Below, piece after piece: positions 37,801 to 52,800 of a stretch of 64,000 bases of DNA. The notes below the pieces were generated by a model that searched no databases, was not told the origin of the DNA, and worked only from the letters and a program-made list of their open reading frames with translations. The number at the start of each line of letters is the position of its first letter. The stretch's first letter is position 1. The position numbers were made by a program, and so were the translations under genes. The stretch is from the NCBI RefSeq assembly GCF_036365525.1, contig NC_090378.1, positions 119,459,593 through 119,523,592 on the forward strand, given 5' to 3'. This DNA is from Heterodontus francisci. Lineage: Eukaryota.

Positions 37801-40800
37801 AATATTATATATTATATATATCTGTGGAACGTGTCAGTCGAGGAGGTGGGACTGTGCGTCCATTATTAGATATTATATATAACTGTGGGATGTATCAGTG
37901 CGGGAGGTGGGACTGTGTGTCCATTACTATATATTATATATAACTGTGGAACGTGTAAATCAAGGAGGTGGGACTGTCTCCATTATTATATATTATATAT
38001 AACTGTGGAACGTGTCAGTCGAGGAGGTGGGACTGTGCGTCCATTATTATATATTATATATAACTGTGGAACGTGTCAGTCGAGGAGGTGGTACTGTGCG
38101 TCCATTATTATATATTATATGTAACTGTGGGATGTGTCAGTGCGGGAGGTGGGACTGTCTGTCCATTATTATATATTATATATAACTGTGGAACGTGTCA
38201 GTCGAGGAGGTGGGACTGTGTGTCCATTATTATATATTATATATAACTGTGGGATGTGTCAGTGCGGGAGGTGGGACTGTGTGTCCATTACTATATATTA
38301 TATATAACTGTGGAAGGTGTAAATCAAGGAGGTGGGACTGTCTCCATTATTATATATTATATATAACTGTGGAACGTGTCAGTCGAGGAGGTGGGACTGT
38401 GCGTCCCTTATTATATATTATATATAACTGTGGAAAGTGTCAGTCGAGGAGGTGGGACTGTGTGTCCATTATTATATATTATATATAACTGTGGGATGTG
38501 TCAGTGCGGGAGGTGGGACTGTGTGTCCATTATTATATGTTATATATAACTGTGGAATGTGTCAGTACAGGAGGTGGGACTGTGTGTCCATTATTATATA
38601 TTATATATAACTGTGGAACGTGTCAGTCGAGGAGGTGGGACTGTGCGTCCATTATTATATATTAAGTATAACTGTGGGATGTGTCAGTACAGGAGGTGGG
38701 ACTGTGTGTCCATTATTATATATTATATATAAATGTGGGATGTGTCAGTGCAGGAGGTGGGACTGTGTGTCCATTATTATATATTATATATAACTGTGGG
38801 ATGTGTCAGTGCGGGAGGTGGGACTGTGTGTCCATGAACATATATTATATATAACTGTGGGATGTGTCAGTACAGGACGTGGGACTGTGAGCCCATTATT
38901 ATATTTTCTAGATAACAGTGGGATGTGTCAGTACAGGGGGTGGGACTGTGTGTCCATTATTATATATTATATATAACTGTGGGATGTGTCAGTGCAGGAG
39001 GTGGGACTGTGTGTCCATTATTATATATTATATATAACTGAGGGATGTGTCAGGACAGGAGGTGGGACTGTGTGTCGATTATTATATATTATATATAACT
39101 GTGGGATGTGTCAGAGCGGGAGGTGGGATTTTGTGTCCATTATTATATATAATATATAAATGTGGGATGTGTCAGTGCAGGAGGTGGGACTGTGTGTCCA
39201 TTATTATCTATTATATATAACTGTGGGATGTGTCAGTGCGGGAGGTGGGACTGTGTGTCCATTATTATATATTATATATAACTGTGGGATGTGTCAGTGC
39301 GGGAGGTGGGACTGTGTGTCCATTATTATATATTATATATAACTGTGGGTTGTGTCAGTAGAGGAGGTGGGACTGTGAGTCCATTATTATATATAATATA
39401 TAATTGTGGGATGTGTCAGTGCAGGAGGTGGGACTGTGTGTCCAATATTATATATTATATATAACTGTGGGATGTGTCAGTGCGGGAGGTGGGACTGTGT
39501 GTCCATTATTATATATTATATATAACTGTGGAACGTGTCAGTGTGGGAGGTGGGACTATGCGTCCATTATTATATATTATATATAACTGTGGAAAGTGTC
39601 AGTCGAGGAGGTGGGACTGTGTGTCCATTATTATATATTATATATAACTGTGGGATGTGTCAGTGCGGGAGGTGGGACTGTGTGTCCATTATTATATATT
39701 ATATATAACTGTGGGATGTGTCAGTACAGGAGGTGGGACTGTGTGTCCAATATTATGTCTTATATATAACTGTGGGACGTGTCAGTCCAGGAGGTGGGAC
39801 TGTGTGTCCATTATTATATATTAGATATAACTGTGGGATGTGTCAGTACAGGAGGTGGGACTGTGTGTCCATTATTATATATTAAATATAACTGTGGGAT
39901 GTGTCAGTACAGGAGGTGGGACTGTGTGTCCATTATTATATATTATATATAACTGAGGGATGTGTCAGGACAGGAGGTGGGACTGTGTGTCCATTATTAT
40001 ATATTATATATAACTGTGGGATGGGTCAGTGCGGGAGGTGGGACTGTGTGTCGATTATAATATATTATATACAACTGTGGGATGTGTCAGTACAGGAGGT
40101 GGGACTGTATGTCGATTATTATATATTATATATAACTGTGGGATGTGTCAGAGCGGGAGGTGGGATTTTGTGTCCATTATTATATATAATATATAAATGT
40201 GGGATGTTTCAGTGCAGGAGGTGGGACTGTGTGTCCATTATTATCTATTATATATAACTGTGGGATGTGTCAGTGCGGGAGGTGGGACTGTGTGTCCATT
40301 ATTATATATTATATATAACTGTGGGTTGTGTCAGTAGAGGAGGTGGGACTGTGAGTCCATTATTATATATAATATATAATTGTGGGATGTGTCAGTGCAG
40401 GAGGTGGGACTGTGTGTCCAATATTATATATTATATATAACTGTGGGATGTGTCAGTGCAGGAGGTGGGACTGTGTGTCCAATATTATATATTATGTATA
40501 ACTGTGGGTTGTGTCAGTAGAGGAGGTGGGACTGTGAGTCCATTATTATATATAATATATAATTGTGGGATGTGTCAGTGCAGGAGGTGGGACTGTGTGT
40601 CCAATATTATATATTATATATAACTGTGGGATGTGTCAGTGCGGGAGGTGGGACTGTGTGTCCATTATTATATATTATATATAACTGCGGAACGTGTCAG
40701 TGTGGGAGGTGGGACTATGCGTCCATTACTATATATTATATATAACTGTGGAAAGTGTCAGTCGAGGAGGTGGGACTGTGTGTCCATTATGATATATTAT

Positions 40801-43800
40801 ATATAACTGTGGGATGTGTCAGTGCGGGAGGTGGGACTGTGTGTCCATTATTATATATTATATATAACTGTGGGATGTGTCAGTACAGGAGGTGGGACTG
40901 TGTGTCCATTATTATATATTATATATAACTGTCGGATGTGTCAGTGCGGGAGGTGGGACTGTGTGTCCATTATTATATATTCTAGATAACTGTCGGATGT
41001 GTCAGTACAGGAGGTGGGACTGTGTGTCCATTATTATATATCATATATAAATGTGGGATGTGTCAGTACAGGAGGTGGGACTGTGTGTCCATTATTATAT
41101 ATTATATATAACTGTGGGATGTGTCAGTGCAGGAGGTGGGACTGTGTGTCCATTATTATATATTATATATAACTGTCGGATGTGTCAGTGCGGGAGGTGG
41201 GACTGTGTGTCCATTATTATATATTCTGGATAACTGTCGGATGTGTCAGTACAGGAGGTGGGACTGTGTGTCCAATATTATGTCTTATATATAACTGTGG
41301 GATGTGTCAGTGCGGGAGGTGGGACTGTGTGTCCATGAACATATATTATATATAACTGTGGGATGTGTCAGTACAGGACTTGGGACTGTGAGCCCATTAT
41401 TATATATTCTAGATAACAGTGGGATCTGTCAGGACAGGAGGTGGGGCTGTGTGTCCAATATTATATATTATATATAACTGTCGGATGTGTCATAATGGGA
41501 GGTGGGACTGTGTTTCCAATATTATATATTATATATATCTGTGGAACGTGTCAGTCGAGGAGGTGGGACTGTGCGTCCATTATTAGATATTATATATAAC
41601 TGTGGGATGTATCAGTGCGGGAGGTGGGACTGTGTGTCCATTACTATATATTATATATAACTGTGGAACGTGTAAATCAAGGAGGTGGGACTGTCTCCAT
41701 TATTATATATTATATATAACTGTGGAACGTGTCAGTCGAGGAGGTGGGACTGTGCGTCCCTTATTATATATTATATATAACTGTGGAAAGTGTCAGTCGA
41801 GGAGGTGGGACTGTGTGTCCATTATTATATATTATATATAACTGTGGGATGTGTCAGTGCGGGAGGTGGGACTGTGTGTCCATTATTATATATTCTAGAT
41901 AACTGTCGGATGTGTCAGTACAGGAGGTGGGACTGTGTGTCCATTATTATATATCATATATAAATGTGGGATGTGTCAGTACAGGAGGTGGGACTGTGTG
42001 TCCATTATTATATATTATATATAACTGTGGGATGTGTCAGTGCAGGAGGTGGGACTGTGTGTCCATTATTATATATTATATATAACTGTCGGATGTGTCA
42101 GTGCGGGAGGTGGGACTGTGTGTCCATTATTATATATTCTGGATAACTGTCGGATGTGTCAGTACAGGAGGTGGGACTGTGTGTCCAATATTATGTCTTA
42201 TATATAACTGTGGGATGTGTCAGTGCGGGAGGTGGGACTGTGTGTCCATGAACATATATTATATATAACTGTGGGATGTGTCAGTACAGGACTTGGGACT
42301 GTGAGCCCATTATTATATATTCTAGATAACAGTGGGATCTGTCAGGACAGGAGGTGGGGCTGTGTGTCCAATATTATATATTATATATAACTGTGGAACG
42401 TGTCAGTCGAGGAGGTGGGACTGTGCGTCCATTATTAGATATTATATATAACTGTGGGATGTGTCAGTGCGGGAGGTGGGACTGTGTGTCCATTATTATA
42501 TATTATATATAACTGTGGGATGTGTCAGTACAGGAGGTGGGACTGTGTGTCCAATATTATGTCTTATATATAACTGTGGGACGTGTCAGTCCAGGAGGTG
42601 GGACTGTGTGTCCATTATTATATATTAGATATAACTGTGGGATGTGTCAGTACAGGAGGTGGGACTGTGTGTCCATTATTATATATTAAATATAACTGTG
42701 GGATGTGTCAGTACAGGAGGTGGGACTGTGTGTCCATTATTATATATTATATATAACTGAGGGATGTGTCAGGACAGGAGGTGGGACTGTGTGTCCATTA
42801 TTATATATTATATATAACTGTGGGATGGGTCAGTGCGGGAGGTGGGACTGTGTGTCGATTATAATATATTATATACAACTGTGGGATGTGTCAGTACAGG
42901 AGGTGGGACTGTATGTCGATTATTATATATTATATATAACTGTGGGATGTGTCAGAGCGGGAGGTGGGATTTTGTGTCCATTATTATATATAATATATAA
43001 ATGTGGGATGTTTCAGTGCAGGAGGTGGGACTGTGTGTCCATTATTATCTATTATATATAACTGTGGGATGTGTCAGTGCGGGAGGTGGGACTGTGTGTC
43101 CATTATTATATATTATATATAACTGTGGGTTGTGTCAGTAGAGGAGGTGGGACTGTGAGTCCATTATTATATATAATATATAATTGTGGGATGTGTCAGT
43201 GCAGGAGGTGGGACTGTGTGTCCAATATTATATATTATATATAACTGTGGGATGTGTCAGTGCAGGAGGTGGGACTGTGTGTCCAATATTATATATTATG
43301 TATAACTGTGGGATGTGTCAGTGCGGGAGGTGGGACTGTGTGTCCATTATTATATATTATATATAACTGTGGGATGTGTCAGTGCGGGAGGTGGGACTGT
43401 GTGTCCATTATTATATATTATATATAACTGTGGGATGTGTCAGTACAGGAGGTGGGACTGTGTATCCATTATTATATATTATATATAACTGTGGAACGTG
43501 TCAGTACAGGAGGTGGGACTGTGTATCCATTATTATATATTATATATAACTGTGGGATGTGTCAGTACAGGAGGTGGGACTGTGTGTCCATTATTATATA
43601 TTAAGTATAACTGTGGGATGTGTCAGTACAGGAGGTGGGACTGTGTGTCCATGAACATATATTATATATAACTGTGGGATGTGTCAGTACAGGACGTGGG
43701 ACTGTGAGCCCATTATTATATATTCTAGATAACAGTGGGATCTGTCAGGACAGGAGGTGGGGCTGTGTGTCCATTATTATATATTATATATAAATGTGGG

Positions 43801-46800
43801 ATGTGTCAGTGCAGGAGGTGGGACTGTGTGTCCATTATTATATATTATATATAACTGTGTGATGTGTCAGTGCGGGAGGTGGGACTGTGTGTCCAATATT
43901 ATGTCTTATATATAACTGTGGGACGTGTCAGTCCAGGAGGTGGGACTGTGTGTCCATTATTATATATTAGATATAACTGTGGGATGTGTCAGTACAGGAG
44001 GTGGGACTGTGTGTCCATTATTATATATTAAGTATAACTGTGGGATGTGTCAGTACAGGAGGTGGGACTGTGTGTCCATTATTATATATTATATATAACT
44101 GTGGGATGTGTCAGTGCGGGAGGTGGGACTGTGTGTCCATTATTATATATTATATATAACTGTGGGATGTGTCAGTGCGGGAGGTGGGACTGTGTGTCCA
44201 TGAACATATATTATATATAACTGTGGGATGTGTCAGTACAGGACGTGGGACTGTGAGCCCATTATTATATTTTCTAGATAACAGTGGGATGTGTCAGTAC
44301 AGGGGGTGGGACTGTGTGTCCATTATTATATATTATATATAACTGTGGGATGTGTCAGTGCAGGAGGTGGGACTGTGTGTCCATTATTATATATTATATA
44401 TAACTGAGGGATGTGTCAGGACAGGAGGTGGGACTGTGTGTCGATTATTATATATTATATATAACTGTGGGATGTGTCAGAGCGGGAGGTGGGATTTTGT
44501 GTCCATTATTATATATAATATATAAATGTGGGATGTGTCAGTGCAGGAGGTGGGACTGTGTGTCCATTATTATCTATTATATATAACTGTGGGATGTGTC
44601 AGTGCGGGAGGTGGGACTGTGTGTCCATTATTATATATTATATATAACTGTGGGATGTGTCAGTGCGGGAGGTGGGACTGTGTGTCCATTATTATATATT
44701 ATATATAACTGAGGGATGTGTCAGGACAGGAGGTGGGACTGTGTGTCGATTATTATATATTATATATAACTGTGGGATGTGTCAGAGCGGGAGGTGGGAT
44801 TTTGTGTCCATTATTATATATAATATATAAATGTGGGATGTGTCAGTGCAGGAGGTGGGACTGTGTGTCCATTATTATATATAATATATAATTGTGGGAT
44901 GTGTCAGTGCAGGAGGTGGGACTGTGTGTCCAATATTATATATTATATATAACTGTGGGATGTGTCAGTGCGGGAGGTGGGACTGTGTGTCCATTATTAT
45001 ATATTATATATAACTGTGGAACGTGTCAGTGTGGGAGGTGGGACTATGCGTCCATTATTATATATTATATATAACTGTGGAAAGTGTCAGTCGAGGAGGT
45101 GGGACTGTGTGTCCATTATTATATATTATATATAACTGTGGGATGTGTCAGTGCGGGAGGTGGGACTGTGTGTCCATTATTATATATTATATATAACTGT
45201 GGGATGTGTCAGTACAGGAGGTGGGACTGTGTGTCCAATATTATGTCTTATATATAACTGTGGGACGTGTCAGTCCAGGAGGTGGGACTGTGTGTCCATT
45301 ATTATATATTAGATATAACTGTGGGATGTGTCAGTACAGGAGGTGGGACTGTGTGTCCATTATTATATATTAAATATAACTGTGGGATGTGTCAGTACAG
45401 GAGGTGGCCTGTGTGTCCATTATTATATATTATATATAACTGAGGGATGTGTCAGGACAGGAGGTGGGACTGTGTGTCCATTATTATATATTATATATAA
45501 CTGTGGGATGGGTCAGTGCGGGAGGTGGGACTGTGTGTCGATTATAATATATTATATACAACTGTGGGATGTGTCAGTACAGGAGGTGGGACTGTATGTC
45601 GATTATTATATATTATATATAACTGTGGGATGTGTCAGAGCGGGAGGTGGGATTTTGTGTCCATTATTATATATAATATATAAATGTGGGATGTTTCAGT
45701 GCAGGAGGTGGGACTGTGTGTCCATTATTATCTATTATATATAACTGTGGGATGTGTCAGTGCGGGAGGTGGGACTGTGTGTCCATTATTATATATTATA
45801 TATAACTGTGGGTTGTGTCAGTAGAGGAGGTGGGACTGTGAGTCCATTATTATATATAATATATAATTGTGGGATGTGTCAGTGCAGGAGGTGGGACTGT
45901 GTGTCCAATATTATATATTATATATAACTGTGGGATGTGTCAGTGCAGGAGGTGGGACTGTGTGTCCAATATTATATATTATGTATAACTGTGGGTTGTG
46001 TCAGTAGAGGAGGTGGGACTGTGAGTCCATTATTATATATAATATATAATTGTGGGATGTGTCAGTGCAGGAGGTGGGACTGTGTGTCCAATATTATATA
46101 TTATATATAACTGTGGGATGTGTCAGTGCGGGAGGTGGGACTGTGTGTCCATTATTATATATTATATATAACTGCGGAACGTGTCAGTGTGGGAGGTGGG
46201 ACTATGCGTCCATTACTATATATTATATATAACTGTGGAAAGTGTCAGTCGAGGAGGTGGGACTGTGTGTCCATTATGATATATTATATATAACTGTGGG
46301 ATGTGTCAGTGCGGGAGGTGGGACTGTGTGTCCATTATTATATATTATATATAACTGTGGGATGTGTCAGTACAGGAGGTGGGACTGTGTGTCCATTATT
46401 ATATATTATATATAACTGTCGGATGTGTCAGTGCGGGAGGTGGGACTGTGTGTCCATTATTATATATTCTAGATAACTGTCGGATGTGTCAGTACAGGAG
46501 GTGGGACTGTGTGTCCATTATTATATATCATATATAAATGTGGGATGTGTCAGTACAGGAGGTGGGACTGTGTGTCCATTATTATATATTATATATAACT
46601 GTGGGATGTGTCAGTGCAGGAGGTGGGACTGTGTGTCCATTATTATATATTATATATAACTGTCGGATGTGTCAGTGCGGGAGGTGGGACTGTGTGTCCA
46701 TTATTATATATTCTGGATAACTGTCGGATGTGTCAGTACAGGAGGTGGGACTGTGTGTCCAATATTATGTCTTATATATAACTGTGGGATGTGTCAGTGC

Positions 46801-49800
46801 GGGAGGTGGGACTGTGTGTCCATGAACATATATTATATATAACTGTGGGATGTGTCAGTACAGGACTTGGGACTGTGAGCCCATTATTATATATTCTAGA
46901 TAACAGTGGGATCTGTCAGGACAGGAGGTGGGGCTGTGTGTCCAATATTATATATTATATATAACTGTCGGATGTGTCATAATGGGAGGTGGGACTGTGT
47001 TTCCAATATTATATATTATATATATCTGTGGAACGTGTCAGTCGAGGAGGTGGGACTGTGCGTCCATTATTAGATATTATATATAACTGTGGGATGTATC
47101 AGTGCGGGAGGTGGGACTGTGTGTCCATTACTATATATTATATATAACTGTGGAACGTGTAAATCAAGGAGGTGGGACTGTCTCCATTATTATATATTAT
47201 ATATAACTGTGGAACGTGTCAGTCGAGGAGGTGGGACTGTGCGTCCCTTATTATATATTATATATAACTGTGGAAAGTGTCAGTCGAGGAGGTGGGACTG
47301 TGTGTCCATTATTATATATTATATATAACTGTGGGATGTGTCAGTGCGGGAGGTGGGACTGTGTGTCCATTATTATATATTCTAGATAACTGTCGGATGT
47401 GTCAGTACAGGAGGTGGGACTGTGTGTCCATTATTATATATCATATATAAATGTGGGATGTGTCAGTACAGGAGGTGGGACTGTGTGTCCATTATTATAT
47501 ATTATATATAACTGTGGGATGTGTCAGTGCAGGAGGTGGGACTGTGTGTCCATTATTATATATTATATATAACTGTCGGATGTGTCAGTGCGGGAGGTGG
47601 GACTGTGTGTCCATTATTATATATTCTGGATAACTGTCGGATGTGTCAGTACAGGAGGTGGGACTGTGTGTCCAATATTATGTCTTATATATAACTGTGG
47701 GATGTGTCAGTGCGGGAGGTGGGACTGTGTGTCCATGAACATATATTATATATAACTGTGGGATGTGTCAGTACAGGACTTGGGACTGTGAGCCCATTAT
47801 TATATATTCTAGATAACAGTGGGATCTGTCAGGACAGGAGGTGGGGCTGTGTGTCCAATATTATATATTATATATAACTGTCGGATGTGTCATAATGGGA
47901 GGTGGGACTGTGTTTCCAATATTATATATTATATATAACTGTGGAACGTGTCAGTCGAGGAGGTGGGACTGTGCGTCCATTATTATATATTATATATAAC
48001 TGTGGAACGTGTCAGTCGAGGAGGTGGTACTGTGCGTCCATTATTATATATTATATGTAACTGTGGGATGTGTCAGTGCGGGAGGTGGGACTGTCTGTCC
48101 ATTATTATATATTATATATAACTGTGGAACGTGTCAGTCGAGGAGGTGGGACTGTGTGTCCATTATTATATATTATATATAACTGTGGGATGTGTCAGTG
48201 CGGGAGGTGGGACTGTGTGTCCATTACTATATATTATATATAACTGTGGAAGGTGTAAATCAAGGAGGTGGGACTGTCTCCATTATTATATATTATATAT
48301 AACTGTGGAACGTGTCAGTCGAGGAGGTGGGACTGTGCGTCCCTTATTATATATTATATATAACTGTGGAAAGTGTCAGTCGAGGAGGTGGGACTGTGTG
48401 TCCATTATTATATATTATATATAACTGTGGGATGTGTCAGTGCGGGAGGTGGGACTGTGTGTCCATTATTATATGTTATATATAACTGTGGAATGTGTCA
48501 GTACAGGAGGTGGGACTGTGTGTCCATTATTATATATTATATATAACTGTGGAACGTGTCAGTCGAGGAGGTGGGACTGTGCGTCCATTATTATATATTA
48601 TATATAACTGTGGGATGTGTCAGTGCGGGAGGTGGGACTGTGTGTCCATTATTATATATCATATATAAATGTGGGATGTGTCAGTGCAGGAGGTGGGACT
48701 GTGTGTCCATTATTATATATTATATATAACTGTCGGATGTGTCAGTGCGGGAGGTGGGACTGTGTGTCCATTATTATATATTCTAGATAACTGTCGGATG
48801 TGTCAGTACAGGAGGTGGGACTGTGTGTCCAATATTATGTCTTATATATAACTGTGGGATGTGTCAGTACAGGACGTGGGACTGTGAGCCCATTATTATA
48901 TATTCTAGATAACAGTGGGATCTGTCAGGACAGGAGGTGGGGCTCTGTGTCCATTATTATATATTATATATAACTGTGGGATGCGTCAGTACAGGAGGTG
49001 GGACTGTGTCTCCATTATTATATATTATATATAACTGTGGGATGCGTCAGTACAGGAGGTGGGACTGTGTGTCCATTATTATATATTATATATAACTTTG
49101 GGATGTGTCAGTGCGGGAGGTGGGACTGTGTGTCCATTATTATATATTATATATAACTGTGGGATGTGTCAGTACAGGAGGTGGGACTGTGTATTCATTA
49201 TGATATATTATATATAACTGTGGGACGTGTCAGTGCAGGGCTTGGGACTGTGTATCCATTATTATATATTATATATAACTGTGGGATGTGTCAGTACAGG
49301 AGGTGGGACTGTGTGTCCATTATTATATATTATATATAACTGTGGGACGTGTCAGTGCAGGGGTTGGGACTGTGTATCCATTATTATATATCATATATAA
49401 CTGTGGGATGTGTCAGTACAGGAGGTGGGACTGTGTGTCCATTATTATATATTATATATAACTGTGGGATGTGTCAGTACAGGAGGTGGGACTGTGTGTC
49501 CATTATTATATATTATATATAACTGTGGGATGTGTCAGTACAGGAGGTGGGACTGTGTATCCATTATTATATATTATATATAACTGTGGGATGTGTCAGT
49601 ACAGGAGGTGGGACTGTGTCTCCATTATTATATATTATATATAACTGTGGGATGTGTCAGTGCGGGAGGTGGGACTGTGTGTCCATTATTATATATTATA
49701 TATAACTGTGGGATGTGTCAGTACAGGAGGTGGGACTGTGTGTTCATTATGATATATTATATATAACTGTGGGACGTGTCAGTGCAGGGCTTGGGACTGT

Positions 49801-52800
49801 GTATCCATTATTATACATTATATATAACTGTGGGATGTGTCAGTACAGGAGGTGGGACTGTGTGTCCATTATTATATATTATATATAACTGTGGGACGTG
49901 TCAGTACAGGAGGTGGGACTGTGTGTCCATTATTATATATTATATATAACTGTGGGATGTGTCAGTACAGGAGGTGGGACTGTGTGTCCATTATTATACA
50001 TTATATATAACTGTGGGATGTGTCAGTACAGGAGGTGGGACTGTGTGTCCATTATTATACATTATCTATAACTGTGGGATGTGTCAGTGCGGGAGGTGGG
50101 ACTGTGCATCCATTATTATATATTATATATAACAGTGGAACGTGTCAGTCGAGGAGGTGGGACTGTGCGTCCCTTATTATATATTATCTATAACTGTGGG
50201 ATGTGTCAGTGCGGGAGGTGGGACTGTGCGTCCCATATTATATATTATATATAACAGTGGAACGTGTCAGTCGAGGAGGTGGGACTGTGCGTCCCTTATT
50301 ATATATTATATATAACTGTGGAACGTGTTAGTCGAGGAGGTGGGACTGTGCGTCCCTAATTATATATTATATATAACTGTGGAACGTGTCAGTCGAGGAG
50401 GTGGGACTGTGCGTCCCTAATTATATATTATATATAACTGTGGAACGTGTCAGTCGAGGAGGTGGGACTGTGCATCCATTATTATATATTATATATAACT
50501 GTGGGATGTGTCAGTGCGGGAGGTGGGACTGTGTGTCCATTATTATATATTATATATAACTGTGGAACGTGTCAGTCGAGGAGGTGGGACTGTGTGTCCA
50601 TTATTATATATTATATTTAACTGTGGGATGTGTCAGTACAGGAGGTGGGACTGTGTGTCCATTATTATATATTATATATAACTGTGGGATGTGTCAGTGC
50701 GGGAGGTGGGACTGTGTGTCCATTATTATATATTATATATAACTGTGGGATGTGTCAGTGCGGGAGGTGGGACTGTGTGTCCATTATTATATATTATATA
50801 TAACTGTGGAACGTGTCAGTCGAGGAGGTGGGACTGTGCATCCATTATTATATATTATATATAACTGTGGGATGTGTCAGTGCGGGAGGTGGGACTGTGT
50901 GTCCATTATTATATATTATATATAACTGTGGAACGTGTCAGTCGAGGAGGTGGGACTGTGTGTCCATTATTATATATTATATTTAACTGTGGGATGTGTC
51001 AGTACAGGAGGTGGGACTGTGTGTCCATTATTATATATTATATATAACTGTGGGGTGTGTCAGTACAGGAGGTGGGACTGTGTGTCCATTATTATATATT
51101 ATATATAACTGTGGAACGTGTCAGTCGAGGAGGTGGGACTGTGTGTCCATTATTATATATTATATTTAACTGTGGGATGTGTCAGTACAGGAGGTGGGAC
51201 TGTGTGTCCATTATTATATATTATATATAACTGTGGGATGTGTCAGTACAGGAGGTGGGACTGTGTGTCCATTATTATAAATTATATATAACTGTGGGAT
51301 GTGTCAGTGCAGGAGGTGGGACTGTGTGTCCATTATTATATATTATATATAACTGTGGGATGTGTCAGTACAGGATGTGGGACTGTGTGTCCATTATCAT
51401 AAATTATATACAACTGTGGGATGTGTCAGTAAAGGAGGTGGGACTGTGTGTCCATTATTATATATTATATATAACTGTGGGATGTGTCAGTGCGGGAGGT
51501 GGGACTGTGTGTCCATTATTATATATTATCTATAACTGTGGGATGTGTCAGTGCGGGAGGTGGGACTGTGTATCCATTATTATATATTATATATAACTGT
51601 GGGATTTGTCAGGACTGGAGGTGGGACTGTGAGTCCATTATTATATATTATATATAAATGTGGAACATGTCAGTCGGGTAGGTGGGACTGTGCGTCCATT
51701 ATTATATATTATATATAACTGTGGGATGTCAGTGCGGGAGGTGGGACTGTGTATCCATTATTATATATTATATATAACTGTGGGATTTGTCAGGACTGGA
51801 GGTGGGTCTGTGTGTCCATTATTATATATTATATATAACTGTGGGATGTGTCAGTGCGGGAGGTGGGACTGTGTGTCCATTATTATATACTATATATAAC
51901 TGTGAGATGTGTCAGTGCGGGAGGTGGGACTGTGTGTCCATTATTATATACTATATATAACTGTGGGATGTGTCAGTGCGGGAGGTGGGACTGTGTGTCC
52001 ATTATTATATACTATATATAACTGTGAGATGTGTCAGTGCGGGAGGTGGGACTGTGTGTCTTTTATTATATACTATATATAACTGTGGGATGTGTCAGTG
52101 CGGGAGGTGGGACTGTGTGTCCATTATTATATATTATATATAACTGTGGGATGTGTCAGTGCAGGTGGTGGGACAGTGTGTCCATTATTATATATTATAT
52201 ATAACTGTGGGATGTTTCAGTGCGGGAGGTGGGACTGTGTTTCCATTATTATATATTATATATAACTGTGGGATGTGTCATAATGGGAGGTGGGACTGTG
52301 TTTCCATTATTATATATTATATATAACTGTGGGATGTGTCAGTGCAGGTGGTGGGACAGTGTGTCCATTATTATATATTATATATAACTGTGGGATGTTT
52401 CAGTGCGGGAGGTGGGACTGTGTTTCCATTATTATATATTATATATAACTGTGGGATGTGTCAGTGCGGGAGGTGGGACTGTGTGTCCATTATTATATAT
52501 TATATATAACTGTGGAACGTGTCAGTCGAGGAGGTGGTACTGTGCGTCCATTATTATATATTATATATAACTGTGGGATGTGTCAGTGCGGTAGGTGGGA
52601 CTGTCTGTCCATTATTATATATTATATATAACTGTGGAACGTGTCAGTCGAGGAGGTGGCACGGTGCGTCCATTATTATATATTATATATAACTGTGGGA
52701 TGTGTCAGTGCAGGAGGTGGGACTGTGTGTCCATTATTATATATTATATATAACTGTGGAACGTGTCAGTCGAGGAGGTGGGACTGTGCGTCCATTACTA

